IMG/VR virus record: IMGVR_UViG_3300045988_125296
From: a virus
Direction: 5' to 3' (one strand)
DNA: 64,000 nt
Below are positions 54,744-63,683 of the stretch, piece by piece. The notes under the pieces were generated by a model. It worked only from the letters and a program-made list of their open reading frames with translations. It made no database searches and had not been told where the DNA came from. The position numbers and the translations under genes are program-made. Numbering within the stretch: the stretch's first letter is position 1; every line of letters starts with the position of its first letter.

Positions 54744-57320
54744 ATGGAAGTAGGTAGTAACCTTGTGGCAACAGAGTCTGAACTACGACATTTAGGTATA
54801 GATATTTCCACCTTAGAAAAAAATCTTACTTTACCGAATCCTGAATATGTAAATAAGAAAAGATTTGGCAAGGGTAAGATTTATGGACATATTGAACCTT
54901 ATATTTGTTATTTAAAGAAAGTAGGTTCATCTTATATTGTTCCTCGATATTACATAGGAGAACTTGGTAAGTATGGGAATGAAGGTAGAGACGTAAAGAT
55001 TCATTTTAAGTTCAAACTTCGGGATTATCAACAAAAATTTTGGGACGATAATTCTTCTGCCTTTGAAGAAAGCACAGGTATTTTACTTGAAGCTGCTTGT
55101 GGTACGGGTAAGTGTCATGGAAAAGGAACTCCCATTCTTATGTACGATGGGTCTGTTAAGAATGTAGAGGACATTCGTGTTGGGGATTTACTTATGGGTG
55201 ATGATAGTACACCTCGTAGGGTTCTTTCTCTTGCAAGGGGTCATGAGGAGATGTTTGTCGTGCATCAGAAAAAAGGCATTGATTATACTGTAAATAGGTC
55301 TCACATATTATCATTGCAATATAGGCCATGGGGATTTGGTAATAAAGAGCAGCATAGGAAGGATGCTCATAATGCCTCTCAGTATGGAGAAGTAAGGGAT
55401 ATTTGCATCGAGGATTATTTGAAACTTTCTAAGACTCAGAAATCATATCTTTACGGATATTGTGTTCCAGTTGAATATTCTAATAGGGAAGTTCAGATTC
55501 CTCCTTATTTTCTTGGTGCATGGCTTGGCGATGGAACTTCTCGTGTGCCACACATTACAACAGACCGCAGAGATAGGGTTTTGGTTCACTATTATCGTGA
55601 AATTGCGGGTATGTTTAATTGTAATCTTGAACTTGTTAGGCAGGAGGGTAATAATTCCAATGTATATAAGTTTGTTGGTAAGGAGATTGAAAAAGGAAGA
55701 CATAAGAACCCTCTTTTAGATGCTTTGAGATTTTATAATCTAATTCAGAATAAGCATATCCCGGATGATTATCTTATCAATTCAAGGGAAAATCGCTTGC
55801 AGCTTCTTGCAGGATTACTTGATACTGATGGAAGTTATAGTACGGGTTGCTTTGATTTTATTCAGAAACGAAAAGACCTTGCTTTGCAGGTTCGTAAGCT
55901 GTGTTGGTCATTGGGTTTTCGTGTAAAATTGACTAAGAAAATTATTAAGGGTCAATCTTACTGGAGATTGTCTATAAGTGGCGATTTTAGTGAATTACCC
56001 ACTAAATTGGGTAGAAAAGTTCCACTTAGAAGGCGCATAAATAAAGACTCAAGGGTTAATGGAATATCTGTTGAAAGTATTGGAGAAGGAGATTACTACG
56101 GTTTTACTCTTGATGGAAATCATAGGTACTGCCTTGCAGATGGCACAGTTACACATAATACTATTATGGCCATTTATTTTTCGATGATTCGAGGTAAACA
56201 GACAATGGTATTGGTTCCCACTTATTATTTGGCCAAGCAATGGAAACAACGTATTGAAGAGTCAACAGATTCTACTTGTATAATTGTTTCCTCTAAGGAT
56301 ACCGAAATTCGTGTGGATAGTGACTTTACAATAATTGTTTTGGATTTATTTACGTGTAGAAAACTTCCTGCTGAACTTATACATAATGTAGGCCACGTTA
56401 TTCTTGACGAGGCTCATCGTGTTGGTGCTGAGATGTATCTTCCTATTCTTGACGAAGTACCTGCCATTTATCGGACTGCTCTTACGGCTACATTTCGAAG
56501 AACGGATGGAGTTCATAAGATACTTAAATACCACTTTGGAGAGTGTATTCAGATGAAGAGTCATTTTCCACGGCCTCTTGTTTATAGTGTAAAGACTAAT
56601 GTACAAATAAGGAGTATCTTATCGAAAAATAAGAAGTACGAACATTTTGTAGACTTCTTGGATAGGAACAATGTTCCTTATTCTGAGACTAAAAGTGCCA
56701 TAGAGTTTCCATCTCTTGATTTAAGAGATGTTGCAGAAAAAGAATATAAAAAGGGGGTTCTTACAAAAACTGCTTTTCATGAAATAGCTTCATGTCTTAA
56801 ACGAAGTTCTGAGATGCCTTATTCAGTCGTTGACTCGTATTTGAATGAACATTCTGGACGTAGAAAGATTGCTATTCGTGTTATTCAAGAATGTTTGGAC
56901 TCAGGTAGAAACATTCTTTTCCTCTCAAAGCGAAAATCTACCTTGAAGGACTTACACAAGTATTTTGCAGCATATAAGCCTATGCTCATCGTTTCTGAGA
57001 CAAATTCACGGTCTCCCGAAGATGAGGATTACTTGCAGAATACTTGCCCCCTTATTTTTGGTATCTCACAATTAGCTAAGGAAGGTCTTGATATTGATAG
57101 GTTAGATACCCTTATTATTCATTTACCTATGAAAGATACCGAACAAGCTATTGGACGTATAAATCGTCTCTACGAGGGTAAGAAATTTCCTGTTTGTTTA
57201 TATCTTTTGGATAATTGCCCTATTACGTTTGCCGTTTTTAGAAATGCCCAAAAATTTATCTCCATCAATGCCGATTATAAAGGTGAACGGACTCTTTTAA
57301 CTTTAAAATCTGCCTTATAG
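54744..57320 (+). CDS. SF2 (DEAH) DNA helicase interrupted by an intein
   Basis: LRDYQ, split Walker A GTGK/T, ILDEAH, LTATFRR, QAIGRINR. Confidence 0.85.
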   Translation: MEVGSNLVATESELRHLGIDISTLEKNLTLPNPEYVNKKRFGKGKIYGHIEPYICYLKKVGSSYIVPRYYIGELGKYGNEGRDVKIHFKFKLRDYQQKFWDDNSSAFEESTGILLEAACGTGKCHGKGTPILMYDGSVKNVEDIRVGDLLMGDDSTPRRVLSLARGHEEMFVVHQKKGIDYTVNRSHILSLQYRPWGFGNKEQHRKDAHNASQYGEVRDICIEDYLKLSKTQKSYLYGYCVPVEYSNREVQIPPYFLGAWLGDGTSRVPHITTDRRDRVLVHYYREIAGMFNCNLELVRQEGNNSNVYKFVGKEIEKGRHKNPLLDALRFYNLIQNKHIPDDYLINSRENRLQLLAGLLDTDGSYSTGCFDFIQKRKDLALQVRKLCWSLGFRVKLTKKIIKGQSYWRLSISGDFSELPTKLGRKVPLRRRINKDSRVNGISVESIGEGDYYGFTLDGNHRYCLADGTVTHNTIMAIYFSMIRGKQTMVLVPTYYLAKQWKQRIEESTDSTCIIVSSKDTEIRVDSDFTIIVLDLFTCRKLPAELIHNVGHVILDEAHRVGAEMYLPILDEVPAIYRTALTATFRRTDGVHKILKYHFGECIQMKSHFPRPLVYSVKTNVQIRSILSKNKKYEHFVDFLDRNNVPYSETKSAIEFPSLDLRDVAEKEYKKGVLTKTAFHEIASCLKRSSEMPYSVVDSYLNEHSGRRKIAIRVIQECLDSGRNILFLSKRKSTLKDLHKYFAAYKPMLIVSETNSRSPEDEDYLQNTCPLIFGISQLAKEGLDIDRLDTLIIHLPMKDTEQAIGRINRLYEGKKFPVCLYLLDNCPITFAVFRNAQKFISINADYKGERTLLTLKSAL
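55113..56159 (+). mobile_element. intein with LAGLIDADG homing-endonuclease domain (349 codons)
   Basis: Begins with Cys (TGT 55113-55115: CHGKGTPILMYDG) and ends THN (AAT 56157-56159), followed by Thr. Block B TVNRSH. LAGLIDADG motifs LGAWLGDGTS and LLAGLLDTDGS. Excision restores GTGKT. Confidence 0.8.
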
Positions 57321-57380
57321 GTCTATTTGGATATTTCTATATACTTATGTATATTTATATCGATTGAAATTTATAATTAT

Positions 57381-57593
57381 ATGGTACGTGTTATTAGAGA
57401 ATTATGTAAGGTTCTAATGTTTGTTATCCTTTGGGGATTCCCATTGTGGTTAGCTAAGTGGAACGATGATAATAACTTTTTATGGTTTTTACTTGTTAGC
57501 TTTTTTTCCACTTTGGGTGTTTTCTCCCATTATGAAGATTTAGAACGTATTGAACAAAGTAATAAACAGAACGATGAGTCGGGCACAGAGTGA
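57381..57593 (+). CDS. hypothetical small membrane protein
   Basis: ATG at 57381. Two TM segments (VLMFVILWGFPLWLA, FLWFLLVSFFSTLGVF). Confidence 0.5.
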   Translation: MVRVIRELCKVLMFVILWGFPLWLAKWNDDNNFLWFLLVSFFSTLGVFSHYEDLERIEQSNKQNDESGTE

Positions 57594-58209
57594 ATCTCGG
57601 AGGGTAAAAAGATACCTCTTTCATAGAGCTAAGTACGGTAAACTCCGAAAAGGCGATACTGAAAAGTCATATATGGATAATATGGGTTATGAATACAGCT
57701 ATAAATGGATAGCTTCCCTATCGTCTTTTTGGAATATTTTTTCTGGGTGTTTGAAAAATGGTTTTCCTATTGTAGTGTCTAAACTATGGTATTCGGCATG
57801 GGCATTTTATCCTTTTTTCTTTATACGTAAAGACTTTAAGGGTAATCCAGTGCACACGCTTAATCATGAGCGCATTCATATTAGACAACAGAGAGACATA
57901 CATTTAACTGTAAGCGTTCCCTTGATTATTCTATGTGGACTTGCGGAGCTATTTGGATGGTTCAATCCTATTTACTTACTTTGTATTGTTCCGTTTGTTC
58001 CTACCATAGTGTATGGATTTGAGATATTACATTCTTATCTTTATTTATGGAATATGAATAGTTTGCGGAAATTCGATAAGTTGGATTCTCCTATTACCTT
58101 TCATAAGGTACGTGAGAATACATGTTTTGAAAAGGAGGCAATAGCTCATGCTTCAAATGTCGAATACCTTTTTGAACGAAAATTTTGGGCGGTTATTAGA
58201 TTTATGTAG
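57574..58209 (+). CDS. membrane protein with HExxH motif (putative metallopeptidase)
   Basis: ATG at 57574. LNHERIHIRQQ lies between hydrophobic segments. Confidence 0.5.
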   Translation: MSRAQSESRRVKRYLFHRAKYGKLRKGDTEKSYMDNMGYEYSYKWIASLSSFWNIFSGCLKNGFPIVVSKLWYSAWAFYPFFFIRKDFKGNPVHTLNHERIHIRQQRDIHLTVSVPLIILCGLAELFGWFNPIYLLCIVPFVPTIVYGFEILHSYLYLWNMNSLRKFDKLDSPITFHKVRENTCFEKEAIAHASNVEYLFERKFWAVIRFM

Positions 58210-58211
58210 TT

Positions 58212-58472
58212 ATGGTGGTGAAATTAGAATTTACAGCTGACTCTACTAAGGAACAGTATGAGACTTTATATACCCTTGAAGTAGGGTCTGTATTCAAGGT
58301 ACGTTCTTCTGATTTTGAGACAGTAATGAGACGCATTGAGGAATTTAAACCATGTAATTTGAATTTTTCAGTATTTCCCATAAATCCCGGAACAGCATTA
58401 TATACGACTTATGGAGCAGACCATTGTGTTATAACAGATAACTCTTCTTGCTCCAAGATTATTACAGAGTGA
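58212..58472 (+). CDS. hypothetical protein
   Basis: 86-aa ORF. Confidence 0.55.
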   Translation: MVVKLEFTADSTKEQYETLYTLEVGSVFKVRSSDFETVMRRIEEFKPCNLNFSVFPINPGTALYTTYGADHCVITDNSSCSKIITE

Positions 58473-58504
58473 TTTGTAAATTTAAAACATAAATCTTATA
58501 TTTA
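58473..58504 (+). promoter_or_regulatory. near-consensus Bacteroides-type promoter
   Basis: TTTG(58473-58476)-N20-TATATTTA(58497-58504). A short hairpin CATGCC-AAC-GGCATG at 58520-58534 follows in the leader. Confidence 0.4.
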
Positions 58505-58566
58505 AATGTTTCTTTAACGCATGCCAACGGCATGTAATTATATTCACAATTTAATTTTTATTTATT

Positions 58567-59418
58567 ATGGTAATCGGAAAGATTAAGCCGACTGCTACAA
58601 TCGTAGCACAGTTCGCAGCAGGTGTTGAAATTGAATCTATTCAGCACGATGGTAAAATGTATTTACCCGTAGTAACTATGGGTGACTTTTCTGTAAAAGA
58701 GGAACCAGAAAAAGTTCCTGCTTCACCGGCTAAACCGGAAACTTCCTCTGCTGAGGTTTCTCCCTCCTATACCAAAGAGGAACTGATGGCAATGGACCCC
58801 AAAGAACTCATCAAAATTTGTAAGAATGAGTTCGGTATTAACCCCGAAGATTTTGAAGGGAAAAATACGAACAAAAAATTGAGAGACCTCATTTTGGGTG
58901 CTCAGGAGAATCCCGAAGCCATGCAGACAAAAAAAGAAGAAGAAGATGACGAAGATTCTGACGATGACGCACCAAAAGATGAAGACTCTGAATTGATAGA
59001 CAATATCGCTGAGATTCTCGAAGATTTTGATTCCGGTAAAAAAACAAAGAAGAAGGCTCTCTCTGCCATTTACGCTCTTTCGGAAAATCCTAATGAGGAT
59101 GCTATTGCCGAGCTTGTTGACAATTTTGAAGAAGACGGTGATTGTGACCTCGACGACACAGCTTCCAAGATTTCCAAACTTTTCGGTGCTAAGAGCAAAG
59201 CTCCTAAAAGTAAAAAGGAAAAAGAAGACCTTGTTTCTCTCGAAGACCTTGAAGTAGGAGACCGGATTTCTGTGTGGTGGAATGACGACAATCAAGAATG
59301 GTATGACGGAGAAGTTGCGTCCATTAAACGTGGAAAAGTAACTGTCGATTATGACGATGGCACTTCGGGTGTTATTGATACAAAAATTCATACGAAAATA
59401 AAAAGAATCACAGAGTAA
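58567..59418 (+). CDS. HeH(Rho_N/SAP-like) plus acidic tract plus Tudor/SH3-like domain protein
   Basis: EELMAMDPKELIKICKNEFGI...NKKLRDLILG (HeH-like). KKEEEDDEDSDDDAPKDEDSE acidic tract. C-terminal VGDRISVWWNDDNQEWYDGEVASIKRGKVTVDYDDG (Tudor/Agenet-like). Confidence 0.65.
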   Translation: MVIGKIKPTATIVAQFAAGVEIESIQHDGKMYLPVVTMGDFSVKEEPEKVPASPAKPETSSAEVSPSYTKEELMAMDPKELIKICKNEFGINPEDFEGKNTNKKLRDLILGAQENPEAMQTKKEEEDDEDSDDDAPKDEDSELIDNIAEILEDFDSGKKTKKKALSAIYALSENPNEDAIAELVDNFEEDGDCDLDDTASKISKLFGAKSKAPKSKKEKEDLVSLEDLEVGDRISVWWNDDNQEWYDGEVASIKRGKVTVDYDDGTSGVIDTKIHTKIKRITE

Positions 59419-59441
59419 TCCGATTGCCGAGTGAATTAGAC

Positions 59442-59478
59442 GAGAGTCGGGGATAAAATCTTCGACTCTCTTTTTATT
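59442..59478 (+). terminator. Rho-independent terminator
   Basis: GAGAGTCG(59442-59449)...CGACTCTC(59463-59470) followed by TTTTTATTT. Confidence 0.65.
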
Positions 59479-59499
59479 TATACTTTAATAATTTGAGCT

Positions 59500-59949
59500 A
59501 TGCCAGTTAAGAAAGAAAAATCAACTCAATCTGTTAAAGATTTAGCCTTGTTAGGCATTAGTTATGCGAATAACAAGAAAGAGATTAAACATTTGGAGGC
59601 CGAGTGCACTAAAATGCGGAAACCTTTGGAATCTTATCTTGAAGAAAAAGGACATGTTCTTGAAAGTGGGAGTAAATTAGCCATTCTTCCTTATGTTGAT
59701 GTCGAGGTACATCTTAAAAAAACATTGAGAACTGGAAAAGTACTTTTACCGGAAGCTATGGAGGTTCTTGAAAAAAATGGCCTCTCTGAGTGTATTGAGA
59801 ATGTACCTACTATTCGAGAAGATGTTATCGAGGCCCTTTATTATGAAGGTAAGATAACAGATGAACTCTTAATGAAGATTTATAAGAGCAAACCTACTTT
59901 CGCATTTAGTGTGGAGGTTAAACACAGTACCCCAGATGAGCCTGAATAA
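59500..59949 (+). CDS. hypothetical protein
   Basis: 149-aa ORF. First gene after the terminator. Confidence 0.6.
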   Translation: MPVKKEKSTQSVKDLALLGISYANNKKEIKHLEAECTKMRKPLESYLEEKGHVLESGSKLAILPYVDVEVHLKKTLRTGKVLLPEAMEVLEKNGLSECIENVPTIREDVIEALYYEGKITDELLMKIYKSKPTFAFSVEVKHSTPDEPE

Positions 59950-60244
59950 ACGCAAAAAGAAAATCCTTTTAGTAAAAGGTGTTCCTGTTGAAGTTGTTAC
60001 TATATCTGGGTTGGGTGAATTGGTTGGAAAATCAAGGATTACGCTTCTTCGATATGAGAGACAAGAGTTGTTTCCTCCCGCTCCCATCATGGTGGGGAAT
60101 AAGAGATATTATCCTGTATCTCTTGCGGTTAAACTTGCTCCCATTGTTAGAGAACTACCTTTACATCAGAAACCTGACCCAAGAGTTATTGTTGAAATAA
60201 ATAAACTCTTTAAAGAAGAAAGGAATAAATTATGCCAGCCTTAA
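59936..60244 (+). CDS. MerR/excisionase-type HTH protein
   Basis: ATG at 59936. VTISGLGELVGKSRITLLRYERQELFPPAP...GNKRYY fits the HTH_17/MerR-like pattern. Confidence 0.55.
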   Translation: MSLNKRKKKILLVKGVPVEVVTISGLGELVGKSRITLLRYERQELFPPAPIMVGNKRYYPVSLAVKLAPIVRELPLHQKPDPRVIVEINKLFKEERNKLCQP

Positions 60245-60486
60245 AGAAAACAGCCGATTCCGTTTCCACTTCTCTGAGGGAAGGACAGTCCAATGTCTAC
60301 TATGAGAAGTCGGTTACAAAAAATATGGGTAATTATGAAAGTGCCAAGATAACAGTTGGCGTTACATTACCGATTTCTCCAACTGACGAGGAGGTGAGTT
60401 TAATTAAGAAAACTCTTGAAATCGGGGACAAGATAGTTACCGAAGAACTGGAAATTCAACTTAAAGAACTTATAGACGATAAATAG
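60232..60486 (+). CDS. hypothetical protein
   Basis: 84-aa ORF. Confidence 0.55.
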   Translation: MPALKKTADSVSTSLREGQSNVYYEKSVTKNMGNYESAKITVGVTLPISPTDEEVSLIKKTLEIGDKIVTEELEIQLKELIDDK

Positions 60487-60487
60487 T

Positions 60488-61270
60488 ATGAACGCTCTTT
60501 TAAGACTTCGGAAAGATATGCCAATAACTGGACTTGTACCGTTTAAGTATCTACTTTATTCAGCTTTGTTATCGGATGTAGTTCCTTTTACACCACATGG
60601 TGAAGATATTAAATACGGTATTTTTTCTGAAACCGAACAAGAGTTGTATGACTATTATCCGGATTGGGATAATATTGACAATAGGAGAAATGAGGTTTTT
60701 AAAGCATTGAATGACCTTTCAGAGGAAGGCTTAATTTGGTTTGATGATGATAGCCGTATTTATTTAGGTGAGTTTCGAGGTAAGAAATTCTTTCCGTTTG
60801 AGGTTAAGAACTCCTTGTTTGATGAAGCGAACAAATTGCTTGAAACAGAACTTAAAAAATATGGTTCTTCGAAGTCGGCTAAGGATAAATCTCGTTCCAG
60901 ATATATTCGTGAGCAGATTGACCGTCTTTTGGATAAAGGTGTTGAAAATATGTCTCCGGGTGACTTTACGGAACTTCATGGTTATTTATATGAGGTATAT
61001 ACAGGAGGAGAGATATATCTTATCCGAAATAAGACCGAGTATTTTCAGACAAATAATATGCTTAAAGCGTATGATAAGTTTACGGTATTTTCTCTTATTG
61101 TCGAGGCAACATTGAGATACGATTTTTATCGTAAAAAAGGTATACCTACGTTGACGAATGTAGCGTGTATGAAAGATGATGTGTTTCATGCGTTGACCAA
61201 ATCGGATATGGGTTCTAAGGATTACATGCGAGATATGACAAGTTCAATTAGTGAAGACTCTGAATTTTAG
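60488..61270 (+). CDS. replication initiation/organiser candidate
   Basis: 260 aa. Called only from its position two genes upstream of the DnaC-like loader and DnaB-like helicase genes. Confidence 0.4.
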   Translation: MNALLRLRKDMPITGLVPFKYLLYSALLSDVVPFTPHGEDIKYGIFSETEQELYDYYPDWDNIDNRRNEVFKALNDLSEEGLIWFDDDSRIYLGEFRGKKFFPFEVKNSLFDEANKLLETELKKYGSSKSAKDKSRSRYIREQIDRLLDKGVENMSPGDFTELHGYLYEVYTGGEIYLIRNKTEYFQTNNMLKAYDKFTVFSLIVEATLRYDFYRKKGIPTLTNVACMKDDVFHALTKSDMGSKDYMRDMTSSISEDSEF

Positions 61271-61273
61271 TAT

Positions 61274-61465
61274 ATGAAACATATTAAATTGAGAATTACT
61301 CTGACTTATAATTTTGTCAAGGGTAAAGACTGTACGGGTTGTCATTTAACTGACTATTGTAATGAGCTAAATGATTTAGATTGCGAGGAAGGTACGATGG
61401 GACATTATGAGTGTGACGAAGAAGAACTTGAACAATTAGATGACTCAGATGGATTTAAAAACTAA
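61274..61465 (+). CDS. hypothetical small Cys-containing acidic protein
   Basis: 63 aa. CTGCHLTDYC...CEEGTMGHYEC. Confidence 0.5.
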   Translation: MKHIKLRITLTYNFVKGKDCTGCHLTDYCNELNDLDCEEGTMGHYECDEEELEQLDDSDGFKN

Positions 61466-62069
61466 GGAGTATTACTTATACTGTGGAATAAAATCGGGGT
61501 GGCATGAGAAGTCATTTGACGATTTTACTAATGACGTGGAAGCACTGGCAATCGTGAAAAAATACTTAAAGTATTCCAAAGAAGCAACCAATAAAGGTAT
61601 CGGTCTTTATCTTTGGGGTTCTAATGGGACAGGTAAAAGTCATTTAATGAACTGTTCTTTTAAGGAATTAGTAACGAAAGGAAATAAAGTTAGACTTTAT
61701 TCAATGGATGAGATTGTCGACAAATTTACTTCATCATGGTATTCTGATGAAGATAAGAAGGAACTGAATAACGTTCTTTTGAATATTGATTTTCTCGGCA
61801 TTGACGAGTTTGGTAAGAATGTAGATAAGGATGGTAATCCTGTTTATCTTCCAGATTTGGTCAAAAGGGTTATGGAGTCTGTTATTCGTTTTCGGGTTCA
61901 GATGAATAAACCTATTTGGTTTGCGTCTAATACAGACCCTAAGTTTGTAAAGGATGTTTTCTCCGAAGATATTGCCTCTTTGTTACGTGAAGCGGTGGTT
62001 CCTGTTTGTGTGAGGGGTGAAGATTATCGGAAAAGGATACAACGAAAGAATAAAAGTAGATTCTTATGA
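61440..62069 (+). CDS. DnaC/IstB-like AAA+ helicase loader
   Basis: Walker A LYLWGSNGTGKSHLMN. Walker B DFLGIDEFG. Confidence 0.75.
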   Translation: MTQMDLKTKEYYLYCGIKSGWHEKSFDDFTNDVEALAIVKKYLKYSKEATNKGIGLYLWGSNGTGKSHLMNCSFKELVTKGNKVRLYSMDEIVDKFTSSWYSDEDKKELNNVLLNIDFLGIDEFGKNVDKDGNPVYLPDLVKRVMESVIRFRVQMNKPIWFASNTDPKFVKDVFSEDIASLLREAVVPVCVRGEDYRKRIQRKNKSRFL

Positions 62070-63337
62070 CAGTAGCCGAAAAATTATTTATCGCATGCTT
62101 AAATGCAAAGGATTATAAGGTTCTTTCTATCGTACAACGAAAATGGCTCGATGGTATCGAAGTTAAAGAGTATAACTTCATTATGGATTATTATCGAGAG
62201 CATGGGGATGTAATTGGTATAAAGACTTTTTGTTCCGAATTTAAGTTAGACATGTCATCGGTAGATGCTCGTCCTGCTTTTTATCTGAACAGCTTAAAGG
62301 AACGATTTATCTTTTCGATGATGTCCGACAATATCCCCAAGATTCTTCACGGTTTAAAAGATGACCCAAGAGAAAAGCTCCTTAAACTTCAAGGTTTGGT
62401 GTCTATGCTTTCTGTGGACGCTGTTGAAAGTAAGGATTCACTATATTCTGATGATATAGAACTTCGTAAAAAAGATTACGAAGAGCGTATGAAGTCTTTG
62501 GGTGTTACCTATTTGAGTATGGGGTGTCCTGATTTGGATAAAACTTTTTATGGTTATCGTAAACAAGATTTAATCACTATCGGAGGTAAATCTGGACAAG
62601 GTAAATCTTGGTTGATGGTCTTTCTTGCTCACCAGTTAGAAATTTCTTTGAGAGATAAAGAAGAATCGACAGGAGTAGGTTACGGAGATATTCTTTTTAT
62701 CACTAATGAAATGGGTGAGGAGGAAATAAAAGAGCGTCTTGACTGTATTAAATTTCGACTTCCTTATGAGAGGTTTTTGAAAGGTTCATTGACTGAACGT
62801 GAGAAGAATCGTTACTATCGAGGACTTGACAGCCTTAAAAAGAAGAAGTCCAAGATAAGAATACTTTACAGTTGTCAGACCATAGATGAATTAACTACTT
62901 ATGTCGGCTTATACAAGCCGTCTGCTGTTTTTATTGACGGTTCGTACCTTATGGAATCTAAGATGGCAGAAGGGTGGGAAAGAATCGTCTATATTACAAG
63001 AAACTTAAAACAGATTGCCAAAAATTTTAAGGTCCCTATAATCAATACCACACAATTAAAGAGAGGTTCGTCAAAATCTGGGTCCAAGTTTTCACTTGAT
63101 GGACAAGATGACTTTGCTTATTCGAGTTCTTATTCACAGGACTCTGATATTGCTATTAGAATGTTTCAAGACGCTGATATGAAATTCCATGATTTGATTG
63201 GGTGTGAAGTTGTAAAAGGTAGACGAGTTATAGGTGGGGCCACTCTTATTTTTCAGAACGATTTAAATAATATGGTACAATCTATAACTTTACCAGCAGA
63301 TGAGCCAGTTGAACCCGTTAAAAAAGACGATTTCTGA
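62066..63337 (+). CDS. DnaB-like replicative helicase
   Basis: RecA-like C-domain: Walker A GGKSGQGKSW, Walker B AVFIDGSYLM. ATGA overlap with the loader gene. Confidence 0.75.
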   Translation: MTVAEKLFIACLNAKDYKVLSIVQRKWLDGIEVKEYNFIMDYYREHGDVIGIKTFCSEFKLDMSSVDARPAFYLNSLKERFIFSMMSDNIPKILHGLKDDPREKLLKLQGLVSMLSVDAVESKDSLYSDDIELRKKDYEERMKSLGVTYLSMGCPDLDKTFYGYRKQDLITIGGKSGQGKSWLMVFLAHQLEISLRDKEESTGVGYGDILFITNEMGEEEIKERLDCIKFRLPYERFLKGSLTEREKNRYYRGLDSLKKKKSKIRILYSCQTIDELTTYVGLYKPSAVFIDGSYLMESKMAEGWERIVYITRNLKQIAKNFKVPIINTTQLKRGSSKSGSKFSLDGQDDFAYSSSYSQDSDIAIRMFQDADMKFHDLIGCEVVKGRRVIGGATLIFQNDLNNMVQSITLPADEPVEPVKKDDF

Positions 63338-63683
63338 ATTTTATCCAGTTAATGGAATTGGTACAGTTGTTACGAAGAAAGGAAATCAAGATGTTTTTGT
63401 TTATGGATATTTTACGGCTTGGGATAAATGGTCTTTTATTGTTCATCAAGATGTCGAGTTTCCTGAATTTTGTACAGTTAGTGAGGCATCTACCGGGCAT
63501 CAACTAATTAAAGAGTGCTACTATTCTGTGGAAGATGCTCTTTATTTTAGTGTTCCGATTATTGAGAGTAAGAGATATTATTTTTCTACAATCATTAAAG
63601 ATATTCTTGTATCGACTCAACAGAATTTATTACAACGGAATACCACCAATTTACAAACATTAGCAATAGATATGTTATGGTAG
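63300..63683 (+). CDS. hypothetical protein
   Basis: 127-aa ORF overlapping the helicase 3' end by 38 nt. Confidence 0.5.
   Translation: MSQLNPLKKTISEFYPVNGIGTVVTKKGNQDVFVYGYFTAWDKWSFIVHQDVEFPEFCTVSEASTGHQLIKECYYSVEDALYFSVPIIESKRYYFSTIIKDILVSTQQNLLQRNTTNLQTLAIDMLW

Noticed and set aside
58723-59391. 222-aa minus-strand ORF and other alternative-frame ORFs inside the HeH/acidic/Tudor-like gene.
   Set aside because: It is antisense to GAA/GAT/AAA-rich coding sequence, which yields TTC/ATC/TTT codons and no stops. The product is F/I-rich nonsense, and no other minus-strand genes are nearby.
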